DNA of 33,168 bases from positions 1 to 33,168 of IMG/VR virus record IMGVR_UViG_3300022178_000333; one strand, written 5' to 3'. A program made the translations under genes and the position numbers. Below, in pieces: positions 9,589-17,225 of this stretch. The notes beneath the pieces are model-generated. The model was not told the DNA's origin, did not search any database, and saw only the letters and a list, made by a program, of their open reading frames with translations. Within the stretch, counting starts at the first letter, position 1; every line of letters begins with the position of its first letter. This DNA comes from a virus. Its lineage: Duplodnaviria > Caudoviricetes.

Positions 9589-10095
9589 ATGCCCGTTGCA
9601 GAGATTTTAATTGGCATTAGTTTAGTCAAAGCAAGTGCTTCAGCTATTAAGGAAGGCTGTTCTGCTGCTAAATCTCTGAGCGACATGGCTCAATCTGTTG
9701 ATGGGCTATTTGAAGGTACTAAGCAGGTTCAAAAGGCAAGGGCTAATAAGTCTGGTATGTCTATGAAGGACCAGCTTGGTGCTGGCTCAGCAGCACAAGA
9801 AGTTATTGACGCTAGATTAGCTAAAGAATTACTGCATGAAGCACGTATGGCTATCTCTATGCGCTTCGGCCCTGAATGCTGGACTGAGATTGTTGAGCTT
9901 CAAAGGTCTAGGGAAAAAGAAGCCAAGCGTTTAGCTGCTATTGAGGCCCAAGCTAAGGCTGAGAAGCGAGAGGCAGTGCAGGGAATATTCATTATTATTA
10001 TTTCTATTCTTATAGGCATCACCATTATAGCAATCATTGGTACAGTTATCTGGGCTACACAAACAGCACCACCGCCAGCCGAAGGCATACGATAA
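9589..10095 (+). CDS. Membrane-anchored hypothetical protein
   Basis: 168 aa, helical, with a long C-terminal Ile-rich TM segment. Confidence 0.65.
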   Translation: MPVAEILIGISLVKASASAIKEGCSAAKSLSDMAQSVDGLFEGTKQVQKARANKSGMSMKDQLGAGSAAQEVIDARLAKELLHEARMAISMRFGPECWTEIVELQRSREKEAKRLAAIEAQAKAEKREAVQGIFIIIISILIGITIIAIIGTVIWATQTAPPPAEGIR

Positions 10096-10301
10096 TGGAA
10101 GGCTGGACTTTATATCTTGTTATTTTTTTTATAAATGGTGAGGCAGTTATGTTTGAAAATAATAAAAAGTTCCTTACAAAACAGGCATGCTATCAAGAAG
10201 GTTTGACAAAATCTATTGAGCTTTTAGAACGAACAGTAGCTATAATAGGTATTCCTGCTAAGGGTAGTTTCTCCTGTCAGGAAGTTGGTTTAGATGTTTA
10301 A
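10095..10301 (+). CDS. Small hypothetical protein (hydrophobic N-terminus, 2 Cys)
   Basis: TAATG coupling with the upstream gene. Confidence 0.6.
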   Translation: MEGWTLYLVIFFINGEAVMFENNKKFLTKQACYQEGLTKSIELLERTVAIIGIPAKGSFSCQEVGLDV

Positions 10302-10560
10302 AGTTTTATTGATAGCTTCTACGCTTGCGGGAGTAGCTAATCCAACTCATGTGAAGTGTCATTTGTGGAAGAGGTTTACTGACGTTAACGAACAGAAGGT
10401 ATGCGTGTATAGATTCAGTGCTGGTTTTGGTGGGCTTGGATACCATTATCCTACGCTTAGTTTTTCAGAATGCCCGAAAGTATTTAGCTGTGTCTATGAA
10501 AAAAAGGATAAGCGACCTAGCTTATCTGAGATATTAGATGGCCTTAAAGGAGGGTTCTAA
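10294..10560 (+). CDS. Small putative secreted Cys-rich protein
   Basis: Signal-peptide-like 'MFKVLLIASTLAGVA', 4 Cys, coupled to both neighbours. Confidence 0.6.
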   Translation: MFKVLLIASTLAGVANPTHVKCHLWKRFTDVNEQKVCVYRFSAGFGGLGYHYPTLSFSECPKVFSCVYEKKDKRPSLSEILDGLKGGF

Positions 10561-10760
10561 TGACAATAGTCTTTGAAAAAATACTAAAGTACAAACTGCT
10601 TCCCCGCTTTATGATGTTTGTTATGACAGTAGTTTATGTACGTTGCATCGAGTGGGCATTATCTATGCCTGATATTTCTACACAACAAGCCAGTTTAATT
10701 TCTGTAGTTACTGGCGCAATGACGGGGGCGTTTGCTGTATGGCTTTCGCATGAGAAATGA
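10560..10760 (+). CDS. Two-TM membrane protein (holin/antiholin candidate)
   Basis: Two hydrophobic helices; located in the lysis cluster. Confidence 0.55.
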   Translation: MTIVFEKILKYKLLPRFMMFVMTVVYVRCIEWALSMPDISTQQASLISVVTGAMTGAFAVWLSHEK

Positions 10761-11110
10761 TTGCTCAACTTATAGGTAGCCTTACTGGTCTTGCCACATC
10801 TATCATAGACGGTAAGACGCAGATCAAATTAACCGAAGCTGAGATTAAAAAGAAACAGCTTACTGGTGAGATTGATTGGGACATTGAGGCTATACGTGGC
10901 ACTCAAAATTCTTGGAAGGATGAGTGGATAACATTGCTTTTTAGCATACCGCTTATCTTAGCATTCTGTGGGGATTGGGGAAACGATATAGTTGCTCGTG
11001 GTTTTGCTGCCTTAGAAGTCATGCCTCAATGGTATCAGATTGCATTAGGTGGGATTGTAAGCGCCAGCATAGGAATGAGATCAGTGAGTAGGTTCTTTGG
11101 AAAAAGATAA
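10757..11110 (+). CDS. Putative holin (GTA-type 3TM holin-like)
   Basis: 'SWKDEWITLLFSIPLILAF...MPQWYQ..LGGIVSASIGMR' pattern; basic C-terminus; upstream of the endolysin. Confidence 0.7.
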   Translation: MIAQLIGSLTGLATSIIDGKTQIKLTEAEIKKKQLTGEIDWDIEAIRGTQNSWKDEWITLLFSIPLILAFCGDWGNDIVARGFAALEVMPQWYQIALGGIVSASIGMRSVSRFFGKR

Positions 11111-11222
11111 GGTAGTTCAGTTTCCTAAATTATCTGAGATAGACAGGCAGTACCTTGCTTTAGAAGAGCAACAAAAGATAATACTGGAACAGTTAAGATT
11201 AATAGTGGAGCAAAAGAAATGA
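11097..11222 (+). CDS. 41-aa hypothetical protein (not in ORF track)
   Basis: TTG start, MEKDKVVQFPKLSEIDRQYLALEEQQKIILEQLRLIVEQKK. It fills the gap, and its TGA overlaps the endolysin ATG (ATGA). Confidence 0.5.
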   Translation: MEKDKVVQFPKLSEIDRQYLALEEQQKIILEQLRLIVEQKK

Positions 11223-11692
11223 GTTTTAAATTATCAAACAGAAGTTTATCTCGTCTTCGTGGTGTTCACCCTGACTTAGTTGCTGTTGTTAAGGGAGCCA
11301 TAGAGCTTACTGATGTAGACTTTGGTGTTGGCTGTGGACTGAGAGATGAGAAACAACAAAGAGCTTTAGTAGCTAGTGGCGCAAGCAAGACGCTTCGAAG
11401 TAAACACTTGCAGCAGGCTGATGGATTTGGCCACGCTGTTGATTTGTTTGCTTATGTTCGTGGTTCTGTTAGCTGGTCGCTGCCTCTCTATGATAATTTA
11501 GCTGATGCAATGAAAGCTTCTGCTCGTGCGCGTGGCATTCAAATTCTATGGGGTGCTGCTTGGACTATACCTAACATTTCAGATTGGGATGGAACTATGG
11601 AAGAGGCAATGAATAGTTACATTGATACTCGCCGGTCACAAGGTAAACGTCCGTTCATTGATGGCCCACATTATCAACTTGCTTATAGTTAA
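11219..11692 (+). CDS. Endolysin, peptidase M15 family (L-Ala-D-Glu type)
   Basis: 'LS.RS..RL.GVHPDL', 'GLR...Q..LVA.GAS', 'SKHL...GHAVD' and 'DGPHYQL' Zn-ligand motifs. Confidence 0.9.
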   Translation: MSFKLSNRSLSRLRGVHPDLVAVVKGAIELTDVDFGVGCGLRDEKQQRALVASGASKTLRSKHLQQADGFGHAVDLFAYVRGSVSWSLPLYDNLADAMKASARARGIQILWGAAWTIPNISDWDGTMEEAMNSYIDTRRSQGKRPFIDGPHYQLAYS

Positions 11693-11726
11693 TAAGGCCC
11701 ACTAGAATTAATCCAGTGAGCCTTAT
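11692..11726. terminator. Hairpin between convergent late and early arms
   Basis: ataaggcccactaga / tccagtgagccttat inverted repeat; pairs fully with G-U on the - strand. Confidence 0.6.
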
Positions 11727-11812
11727 AGTTAATCACATGGTAGAAGTTACGAAAACCCATGCTTAACCTGTAGGTGTTAGGCCCGTGTACTACTGTGTAA
11801 AGCCGCGACCGC

Positions 11813-12160
11813 CTACTGCGCTATGGTTGCATTTTCATTTACTCTGTAGACCCAGCAATCTGCTGAACCTGACTTTCCTTTTCGGTCCTTTGCTTTAGGT
11901 GCAGGAACACGTCTCACTTTCTCAATTAAGTTAGAGCTAAACAAGTGTGAAAGCTGGGCTGATACTGAGTAAGCATTCAAATTCTTTTTCTTCACTATGT
12001 CAAAAGCTGTTGCCTCCTGCATTTGTTTTACTGTTTGCAAGATAATCTTTTGCTGTGAGGTAAGCTTATCTTTGACATACTCTCTGCGTCTATCGCATGG
12101 TAGCTTTGGACGGTTGCCTAGCTTAGCTTGCATACGTTCATATTGTAATATTTTATTCAT
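11813..12160 (-). CDS. Winged-HTH DNA-binding protein
   Basis: 'LTSQQKIILQTV...ATAFDIVKK.NLNAYSVSAQLSHL...NLIEKV' wHTH pattern. Confidence 0.65.
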   Translation of the reverse strand: MNKILQYERMQAKLGNRPKLPCDRRREYVKDKLTSQQKIILQTVKQMQEATAFDIVKKKNLNAYSVSAQLSHLFSSNLIEKVRRVPAPKAKDRKGKSGSADCWVYRVNENATIAQ

Positions 12161-12314
12161 CTTTATTATCCAGATGTTTTTTTAAAGACTGAACTAATGA
12201 AAGGATTTCATCGAGGTCATGGTATCTATTGTTGCCTGATGCTTTCATATCGTTTCTTACTATCTCTACTTTTCTGAAGAGTCTTATAAATATTGGTGAC
12301 GTTGGGTCTGTCAT
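12153..12314 (-). CDS. Possible 53-aa hypothetical protein (not in ORF track)
   Basis: MTDPTSPIFIRLFRKVEIVRNDMKASG...DNKDE. It fills the gap to the 12160 start but overlaps the upstream ORF by about 90 nt. Confidence 0.35.
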   Translation of the reverse strand: MTDPTSPIFIRLFRKVEIVRNDMKASGNNRYHDLDEILSLVQSLKKHLDNKDE

Positions 12315-12501
12315 CTTTTTTTCCCTGCATTATTACGCCCCATCTAATCTCATTTCTTTTGATGAAGCTGTTAAGTGTGGTGAGGTCTATCTCCAGCAAT
12401 TTTGCTGCTTGCGTTTGCGTTAGCTTTAGTGCGGATAAATGTTTTATTTGTTGGACTTGTTCATTGCGCTGTCTTGCTCGCATATCGTGCCAAGTTTCCA
12501 T
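12226..12501 (-). CDS. HTH protein (Fis-like helix-turn-helix)
   Basis: Start reassigned to METWHD after SD ggagga; 'LTQTQAAKLLEIDLTTLNSFIKR'. Confidence 0.7.
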   Translation of the reverse strand: METWHDMRARQRNEQVQQIKHLSALKLTQTQAAKLLEIDLTTLNSFIKRNEIRWGVIMQGKKDDRPNVTNIYKTLQKSRDSKKRYESIRQQ

Positions 12502-12512
12502 AGTTCCTCCTG

Positions 12513-12539
12513 AAAAAAGGGACGGCCCGAAGGCCATCC
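12513..12539 (-). terminator. Intrinsic terminator after ssb
   Basis: GGAUGGCC-UUCG-GGCCGUCC followed by C and U6 on the - strand. Confidence 0.85.
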
Positions 12540-12568
12540 AGTTGGTGTAAAGGGAGAACACCTTTAGT

Positions 12569-12955
12569 TTAGAACGGCGGTATCTCATCGTCAAATGAAA
12601 TATCAGGAACAGAACTTGTTTGTTGCTGCTGCTGACCACCCGCTTGTTTATCACTGACTTGGAAAGACATGTATGGTTTCCCATCCTTCATGCGTCTCCA
12701 TCCAGCAATGCGTTTGTCTTCACCAACAGGGCCAGAGTAATCGGGGGCTGCATCATTGCCCTTCTTATCATTGTCAAAAAGCACAGCCATTTTTCGGTAC
12801 ACTTCGACAATATTTCTACCGTCTTTGGTTGAGTCTTTAACTAATACAATCTTATAGTCATTGCCTTCGACATTCATCTTGCCTTGAAGAATCATTTGTT
12901 GAGTTGGGAACGGCGTGAATGCTGCGCCTCTGTTGGTATCATCATATTCTGCCAT
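12569..12955 (-). CDS. Single-stranded DNA-binding protein (DUF736-like)
   Basis: Start reassigned to MAEYDDTN; 'LF.NDKKGND.APDYSG', Gln linker, acidic tail 'FDDEIPPF'; follows the exonuclease and annealase. Confidence 0.75.
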   Translation of the reverse strand: MAEYDDTNRGAAFTPFPTQQMILQGKMNVEGNDYKIVLVKDSTKDGRNIVEVYRKMAVLFDNDKKGNDAAPDYSGPVGEDKRIAGWRRMKDGKPYMSFQVSDKQAGGQQQQQTSSVPDISFDDEIPPF

Positions 12956-12974
12956 GCTTCTGGCTCCTGTATTA

Positions 12975-13430
12975 TTACCAGCTATTGCTGCTACTCTTGT
13001 TGCCACTGTCTTGATCGTACTTGTTACCATCCATCTTGCCTAAGAAGACATCAGCATCACATCCAATGTGCGACAGTGCTTTGGTTAGGCCATCAGTGAT
13101 AGCCATCTTCGGTGCATCCTCAGCCATACGACCCTTAGCTGCATCAAAGAACTTACGGCACCCTGTGAAGGGGCCGAATGAATTTGCTGGTGATGTATGC
13201 CAGACTGTAACATGCGCCAGCACAGCGCTGTCTCCGTTGCTTACAGGCACTATCTCTGTTGTGTTGTGCCAACCCCAGCCCTCACCGACTGGTCCGAACT
13301 GCTCAGTCATCTTCATGACTTGGTATTGTGGATCGATAGCGGTGAAGCTGCGGCTACCGAAGCTGACCTTCTTCAGATATTTGGGGTCTGAAGAGGACAG
13401 CTTGTTCCATATGTCTAGGTTATTGCTCAT
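12975..13430 (-). CDS. Rad52/Sak-like ssDNA annealing protein
   Basis: 'TAIDPQY...MTEQFGPVG.GW' and 'EDAPKMAITDGLTKALS.IG..ADV' Rad52-like motifs; between the exonuclease and SSB. Confidence 0.72.
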   Translation of the reverse strand: MSNNLDIWNKLSSSDPKYLKKVSFGSRSFTAIDPQYQVMKMTEQFGPVGEGWGWHNTTEIVPVSNGDSAVLAHVTVWHTSPANSFGPFTGCRKFFDAAKGRMAEDAPKMAITDGLTKALSHIGCDADVFLGKMDGNKYDQDSGNKSSSNSW

Positions 13431-14215
13431 TGTTGATACGCGGCTCCCTTTCTAGGTGTTATTCGTAAAGACCCTCGTTTGTCTCGCTTGACTGTGAGGT
13501 AGTCGCAGTAGACTTCTCGTTCGTTCTGAGCAACCATTGCTTTAAGATCTTTCTTTGTGTTCTCAAACACTCGGTTTTTTTCATAGCCATTAACATACGT
13601 GACCGCCGCATCGACAAATCTATTGTCTGTGTTGGCGTCTCGCTTGACCATGTTGTCCACCGCGATCTTGTCAATGCTAAGTTGTACCGGTTCGTCATGA
13701 CCAACTGGCTCTTGTTTGCGAACAACGTAACCCCAGAACTCTGACACCACTGCCCACATAGAATCGAAATACTTTTCGTCACGGTCAACATAAGCTGCTT
13801 CCCATTTGTTGTTGCCAAAAATTACTGAGAGGTAAGCACCATCTGCTTTAGCAAGATGTGCATACAATTGTATCTGAGGCATGTAGTATTCTATAACACC
13901 TTCCATATTATTATAGGAGTTGGTGTGCTTGGCCTCAATTACATGGCCGTTCCATATGCCATCGACTGTACCTTTGGCTGGAACAGTTCCTATTTGTAAT
14001 TCATATTCATGCTGAAGATTAGACAAGATGCAATCATACTCGATTTCAAACCATTCAAGATTGAAGTCTTCAGTATAGCTACCGAGTTGTACTGCAAGAT
14101 TGCGAGACAAATCATCTGACTCCACAAGGCCAGTCTTGATCTGCCATAATTCTAACCAGTTCCCCTGCATTATTTTTACACAGTCGGAACCACCGATGAA
14201 ACCTTTGCGTTCCAT
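13427..14215 (-). CDS. YqaJ/lambda-exonuclease-like recombination nuclease
   Basis: 'RKGFIGGSD', 'GTVDG....VIEAK' (PD-(D/E)XK) and 'YMPQIQLY'; SD ggaga. Confidence 0.88.
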   Translation of the reverse strand: MERKGFIGGSDCVKIMQGNWLELWQIKTGLVESDDLSRNLAVQLGSYTEDFNLEWFEIEYDCILSNLQHEYELQIGTVPAKGTVDGIWNGHVIEAKHTNSYNNMEGVIEYYMPQIQLYAHLAKADGAYLSVIFGNNKWEAAYVDRDEKYFDSMWAVVSEFWGYVVRKQEPVGHDEPVQLSIDKIAVDNMVKRDANTDNRFVDAAVTYVNGYEKNRVFENTKKDLKAMVAQNEREVYCDYLTVKRDKRGSLRITPRKGAAYQQ

Positions 14216-14242
14216 AGTATTCTCCTTATATTATATAGGTTA

Positions 14243-14270
14243 TCTTACTGCATAGATGCAGCTTACTCAA
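14243..14270 (-). promoter_or_regulatory. Sigma70-type promoter TTGAGT-N17-TAAGAT containing palindrome CTGCA-N4-TGCAG (14248-14261)
   Basis: Same architecture as 17152-17180; lies upstream of the recombination operon. Confidence 0.7.
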
Positions 14271-14520
14271 GATATTTCTTGAAGTCTTTCTCTGTAAGAT
14301 CGGTAATTTCTAGCAACTTTTCTTTTTGCTTACCTTTGAGATAGCTCTCGCCTACTGGCATACCGTTCTTAATGCGGTCAGCCATGATCTGATATTCATC
14401 AAGCACATAACTATAGCTCTTGTATTCTTTAGCGTAGTGCTTAGAGCTAGTAGCTTTGCTGATGTGTGCATTCCACACACTGCTTTCTACATGCCGACCT
14501 ATTGATGTTGGTTTTTTCAT
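14263..14520 (-). CDS. Hypothetical protein
   Basis: Start reassigned to MKKPTS at the TAATG overlap with the upstream gene. Confidence 0.6.
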   Translation of the reverse strand: MKKPTSIGRHVESSVWNAHISKATSSKHYAKEYKSYSYVLDEYQIMADRIKNGMPVGESYLKGKQKEKLLEITDLTEKDFKKYLE

Positions 14521-14804
14521 TAGATTAATTCCCAGATTGTAATGCTTGTTCCCCACTTGCCCATCTTTGTGCGACCTGAGTCACAAAGAATGCCTTGGTT
14601 CTTAAGCTCTGATATTCTGGGTTGCACAGAAATTTCAGCACGGTTTAAAGCAAGTGCTGTCTCTTCTGTTGTAGCTTCTAACTGATCTTGAAAGTATTTT
14701 TTAACTTGATCTTTGATTGTAAGCTTGCCGTCTACATTAAATTCAGCAGCTTCTTTGCTTGCTTTATTCTTCTGGTAACCTATCTGCTCCTTTGAGTAAG
14801 GCAT
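14520..14804 (-). CDS. Winged-HTH protein
   Basis: 'ATTEETALALNRAEISVQPRISELKNQGIL.DSG' phage wHTH pattern. Confidence 0.7.
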   Translation of the reverse strand: MPYSKEQIGYQKNKASKEAAEFNVDGKLTIKDQVKKYFQDQLEATTEETALALNRAEISVQPRISELKNQGILCDSGRTKMGKWGTSITIWELI

Positions 14805-15120
14805 TTACATTCTCCATTAGTGTTAAGAATTGATCTCCGCTCATGATGACCAGAGTTTGCGGACTTCCTGTCCGTCTTTTATAGAAAGCAATGTCTCGCT
14901 TATCTAATACTGTAAAAGGACTAGGGAATCCTGACTTGTCTCTGTACTTTACTTCTCCCACCAGTTCTTGTCCGAAGAGTTCAAGCTTGATGTCGCCTGA
15001 ATACTCTCCTCCCAAGCTGCCTGAGAGGGGCTGTCTTTTCGCTTTGATCTTCGCTTTCGTGAGCCAGTCAACGAACCACTTCTCGTGGTAAGTTCCTTTA
15101 TTTTTGTTACGGTTTGCCAT
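14764..15120 (-). CDS. Hjc-like Holliday junction resolvase/PD-(D/E)XK nuclease
   Basis: 'KGTYHEK...R.PLSG...GDI...GEVK' motif order. Confidence 0.78.
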   Translation of the reverse strand: MANRNKNKGTYHEKWFVDWLTKAKIKAKRQPLSGSLGGEYSGDIKLELFGQELVGEVKYRDKSGFPSPFTVLDKRDIAFYKRRTGSPQTLVIMSGDQFLTLMENVNALLKGADRLPEE

Positions 15121-15269
15121 TTATCTTCCTTGTAGCAATGAAGGCATATGTACCAATGCTTTTCGTAGGTAGCTCCACTGTTGTTTTTAAGTATTGCAAC
15201 AAACAAATGAGCTTTTGTTTCACATGCAATGCAAGTAATTGAGTTACCTTTTCGTGACTTGGATGTCAT
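14949..15269 (-). CDS. Zn-ribbon protein (CxxC...CxxC)
   Basis: 'CIAC' and 'CLHC'; fills the 15120-15244 gap. The C-terminal part overlaps the resolvase. Confidence 0.55.
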   Translation of the reverse strand: MTSKSRKGNSITCIACETKAHLFVAILKNNSGATYEKHWYICLHCYKEDKWQTVTKIKELTTRSGSLTGSRKRRSKRKDSPSQAAWEESIQATSSLNSSDKNWWEK

Positions 15270-15492
15270 ATTGCAAAGCATCTAGCCAACACATCAGCAT
15301 AAATCCAGAGGGCAGTCTTTTGTGAGACTCCCACTTGTGGATGAGTGATACAGTGCAACCTATCTTATGAGCTAATGATTCTTGGCTTAAACTTTGCTCT
15401 AACCGAGCGTCTGTCAACATCTTTACCAGAAGTTCGTAATCTTTTGGTATACTCACAGGCTTGTTGTATCGCGTGAAGTCTTTCGATAGCAT
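15244..15492 (-). CDS. XRE/Cro-family HTH regulator
   Basis: 'LTDARLEQSLSQESLAHKIGCTVSLIHKWESHKRLPS' classic HTH_XRE; start uncertain. Confidence 0.85.
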   Translation of the reverse strand: MLSKDFTRYNKPVSIPKDYELLVKMLTDARLEQSLSQESLAHKIGCTVSLIHKWESHKRLPSGFMLMCWLDALQYDIQVTKR

Positions 15493-15649
15493 TGATTACT
15501 TTCACTGCTGTATCGTACCTAAGTTCAGTAACTTTATTGATAGCTCTGTAATAGGTAGACGTTGGGATGTCTGCTTCCTTGAAGGCGGTCAGCAAAGAGA
15601 TGTTATACCCCTTTGCTGTGTCTGTTATGTATTGAAGATAAGATTTCAT
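15365..15649 (-). CDS. HTH-like regulator, apparently leaderless
   Basis: 'ISLLTAFKEADIPTSTYYRAINK.TELRYDTAVKV' HTH-like; no SD, and the ATG abuts the operator palindrome. Confidence 0.65.
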   Translation of the reverse strand: MKSYLQYITDTAKGYNISLLTAFKEADIPTSTYYRAINKVTELRYDTAVKVINAIERLHAIQQACEYTKRLRTSGKDVDRRSVRAKFKPRIISS

Positions 15650-15650
15650 A

Positions 15651-15664
15651 CTGCACTAATGCAG
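15651..15664. promoter_or_regulatory. Operator palindrome CTGCA-CTAA-TGCAG
   Basis: Third copy of CTGCA-N4-TGCAG; TTGACA lies upstream on the - strand (15680-15685). Confidence 0.65.
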
Positions 15665-15668
15665 CAAT

Positions 15669-15896
15669 CTAAGGTCCATTGTCAAGGTCCATCCAATCTT
15701 CGTGACCGTATTCAATCTGGCCGCTGCCTCCGCAGTTATCGCAATCAAGAACTTCTTCTACGATATGCCCTATATCTACATCAAAGCTTGCGTACACATA
15801 GCGATCTCTCTCTACGGTGCCTATGCCTTGGCATTCAGGGCAGTCTACCCACACCTCATGAGTAAGGGATGGTGTCATCGATGTCTGGCTGCTCAT
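15669..15896 (-). CDS. DnaJ-type Zn-finger protein
   Basis: 'CPECQGIG' and 'CDNCGGSG' CxxCxGxG repeats; start uncertain. Confidence 0.7.
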   Translation of the reverse strand: MSSQTSMTPSLTHEVWVDCPECQGIGTVERDRYVYASFDVDIGHIVEEVLDCDNCGGSGQIEYGHEDWMDLDNGP

Positions 15897-16062
15897 TGTT
15901 ATCTTCCCAAGCTTTGGTTGCACGTTGTAAAAACTTCTCACGATTAAAGCGAGGATTGGTTTTCTCTAGCTCATCAGCTATTGAATGCAAATGGGTGGGC
16001 CAACTTACCATTGGCCCTATTGTATCTGCAATAAATTCATAGTGTTGTTTACTCATTCTCAT
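15856..16062 (-). CDS. Small conserved-type phage early protein
   Basis: 'MSKQHYEFIADTI...ADELEKTNPRFNREKFL' pattern seen in phage early genes; coupled to the DUF932 stop. Confidence 0.65.
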   Translation of the reverse strand: MRMSKQHYEFIADTIGPMVSWPTHLHSIADELEKTNPRFNREKFLQRATKAWEDNNEQPDIDDTIPYS

Positions 16063-16907
16063 GTCATTTCCAACCATTGTTTTGATTTCATTGCGTTGCT
16101 TACTAACACTTCGCGATTGTACTGCGCCTTATGAGGGGAGCGTAGTTCGCTTGTGTGACTAGACCAGTATGTAAGACAGTTATATAATGCCCACTTGTTA
16201 TTGCCCAAGTTGGCACGTTCATTGTCGTAAATGCCTAGCAAGTTTTCCAGTTGCTTTTCATTGGTCTTGGTGACTGACTGCTGACGTGTGAATGATTTGC
16301 AGACAGTCTTCTTAAAGAAGTCTTCGACTTGTGGGTGATCAAGGCTTGTAGCCATGTACCTTTGCCACTCTTCCTTGCGATTCATAAAGTGATCAAGGCC
16401 ACTGACTACCTTGGCTGCTGATCCTTCTACATTAATTGATGCGGTGTGTTTATACTTACTGCGAGCTACTGCGTCTGCTGTTGTGCAGCCATTGAGACAC
16501 CACAGTCTAAGACCATTGGCTTGCTGAGAGAAAGACCAACTAGCATCGTAGCTATTGAAGAATGATACTCGGAACTTAACATAGTCTCCGACTGCTGGCT
16601 CAACAACTAGGTCATTGAATAGTATCTCTCCTCGTAGCTTACGACCATTCTCCATAACATCTACTGAGACTTCATAATCTCTAGATAGATCAGCTGACTT
16701 CACTCCGTCGATAACAGAGTCAACTACATCTTGGTGATTAACGATCTTGTACCTTGAGCCGTGAAGCCCAAGGTTTTCATTGGTGTCTAATCGAACAACT
16801 GCTTTGTGTCCTTCGATGACATTGCCAAGCTGGTCATACACTGGCTGCTCTTCGACTTCAAAGTTGTAGTCATTGACTACTTCCATGTAACTAATTGTAT
16901 CTAACAT
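16059..16907 (-). CDS. DUF932-family protein
   Basis: 'AVVR.DT...LG.....Y.IV.H', 'NSYD.S' and 'RLWCLNG.......KH' motifs; start reassigned to MLDTIS. Confidence 0.8.
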   Translation of the reverse strand: MLDTISYMEVVNDYNFEVEEQPVYDQLGNVIEGHKAVVRLDTNENLGLHGSRYKIVNHQDVVDSVIDGVKSADLSRDYEVSVDVMENGRKLRGEILFNDLVVEPAVGDYVKFRVSFFNSYDASWSFSQQANGLRLWCLNGCTTADAVARSKYKHTASINVEGSAAKVVSGLDHFMNRKEEWQRYMATSLDHPQVEDFFKKTVCKSFTRQQSVTKTNEKQLENLLGIYDNERANLGNNKWALYNCLTYWSSHTSELRSPHKAQYNREVLVSNAMKSKQWLEMT

Positions 16908-17122
16908 TAGCCTTCTCTTTTCATTAGCTTGTTGCATTCATCTACAAGAGGGTCGAGGTCCATTTGCAGAAGCGCGATTGTAAACTTGTTGAACTCAGTT
17001 CCTTGTTCAATCCCTTCGATCTCTTCAGCAAAATACTTAAGGCATTTCGAAAGCTCCACTACTTGCTTGAGTGGCAGAGTAAGAATAACGGGCGTTTGCT
17101 CCCTGTCGATAAAGTTTGTCAT
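16907..17122 (-). CDS. Hypothetical early protein
   Basis: SD aaggag; downstream of the operator-containing promoter. Confidence 0.65.
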   Translation of the reverse strand: MTNFIDREQTPVILTLPLKQVVELSKCLKYFAEEIEGIEQGTEFNKFTIALLQMDLDPLVDECNKLMKREG

Positions 17123-17151
17123 TGCGTACTTCTCCTTTGGTTACATAGGTT

Positions 17152-17180
17152 AGCTTACTGCAAGTGTGCAGCTGTTACAA
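17152..17180 (-). promoter_or_regulatory. Sigma70-type promoter TTGTAA-N17-TAAGCT containing palindrome CTGCA-AGTG-TGCAG (17158-17171)
   Basis: The 29-bp block 17145-17173 is nearly identical to 14235-14263. Confidence 0.7.
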
Positions 17181-17191
17181 TAGTTAATTAA

Positions 17192-17211
17192 GGGAGCCAT
17201 TGCTGACTCCC
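17192..17211 (-). terminator. Hairpin after first early gene
   Basis: GGGAGUCA-GCAA-UGGCUCCC followed by UUAAUU on the - strand. Confidence 0.6.
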
Positions 17212-17225
17212 AGTAGTGAGGGGGC

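Noticed and set aside
11737-11815. tRNA gene on the - strand
   Set aside because: It ends in CCA but has no GTTCRA T-loop, no D-loop GG in position and no 7-bp acceptor stem. Kept only as a low-interest finding.
12312-12326. Slippery GGGAAAAAAAG run in HTH gene
   Set aside because: A -1 shift meets an immediate TGA, and the overlapping ORF is in the +1 frame with its own ATG.
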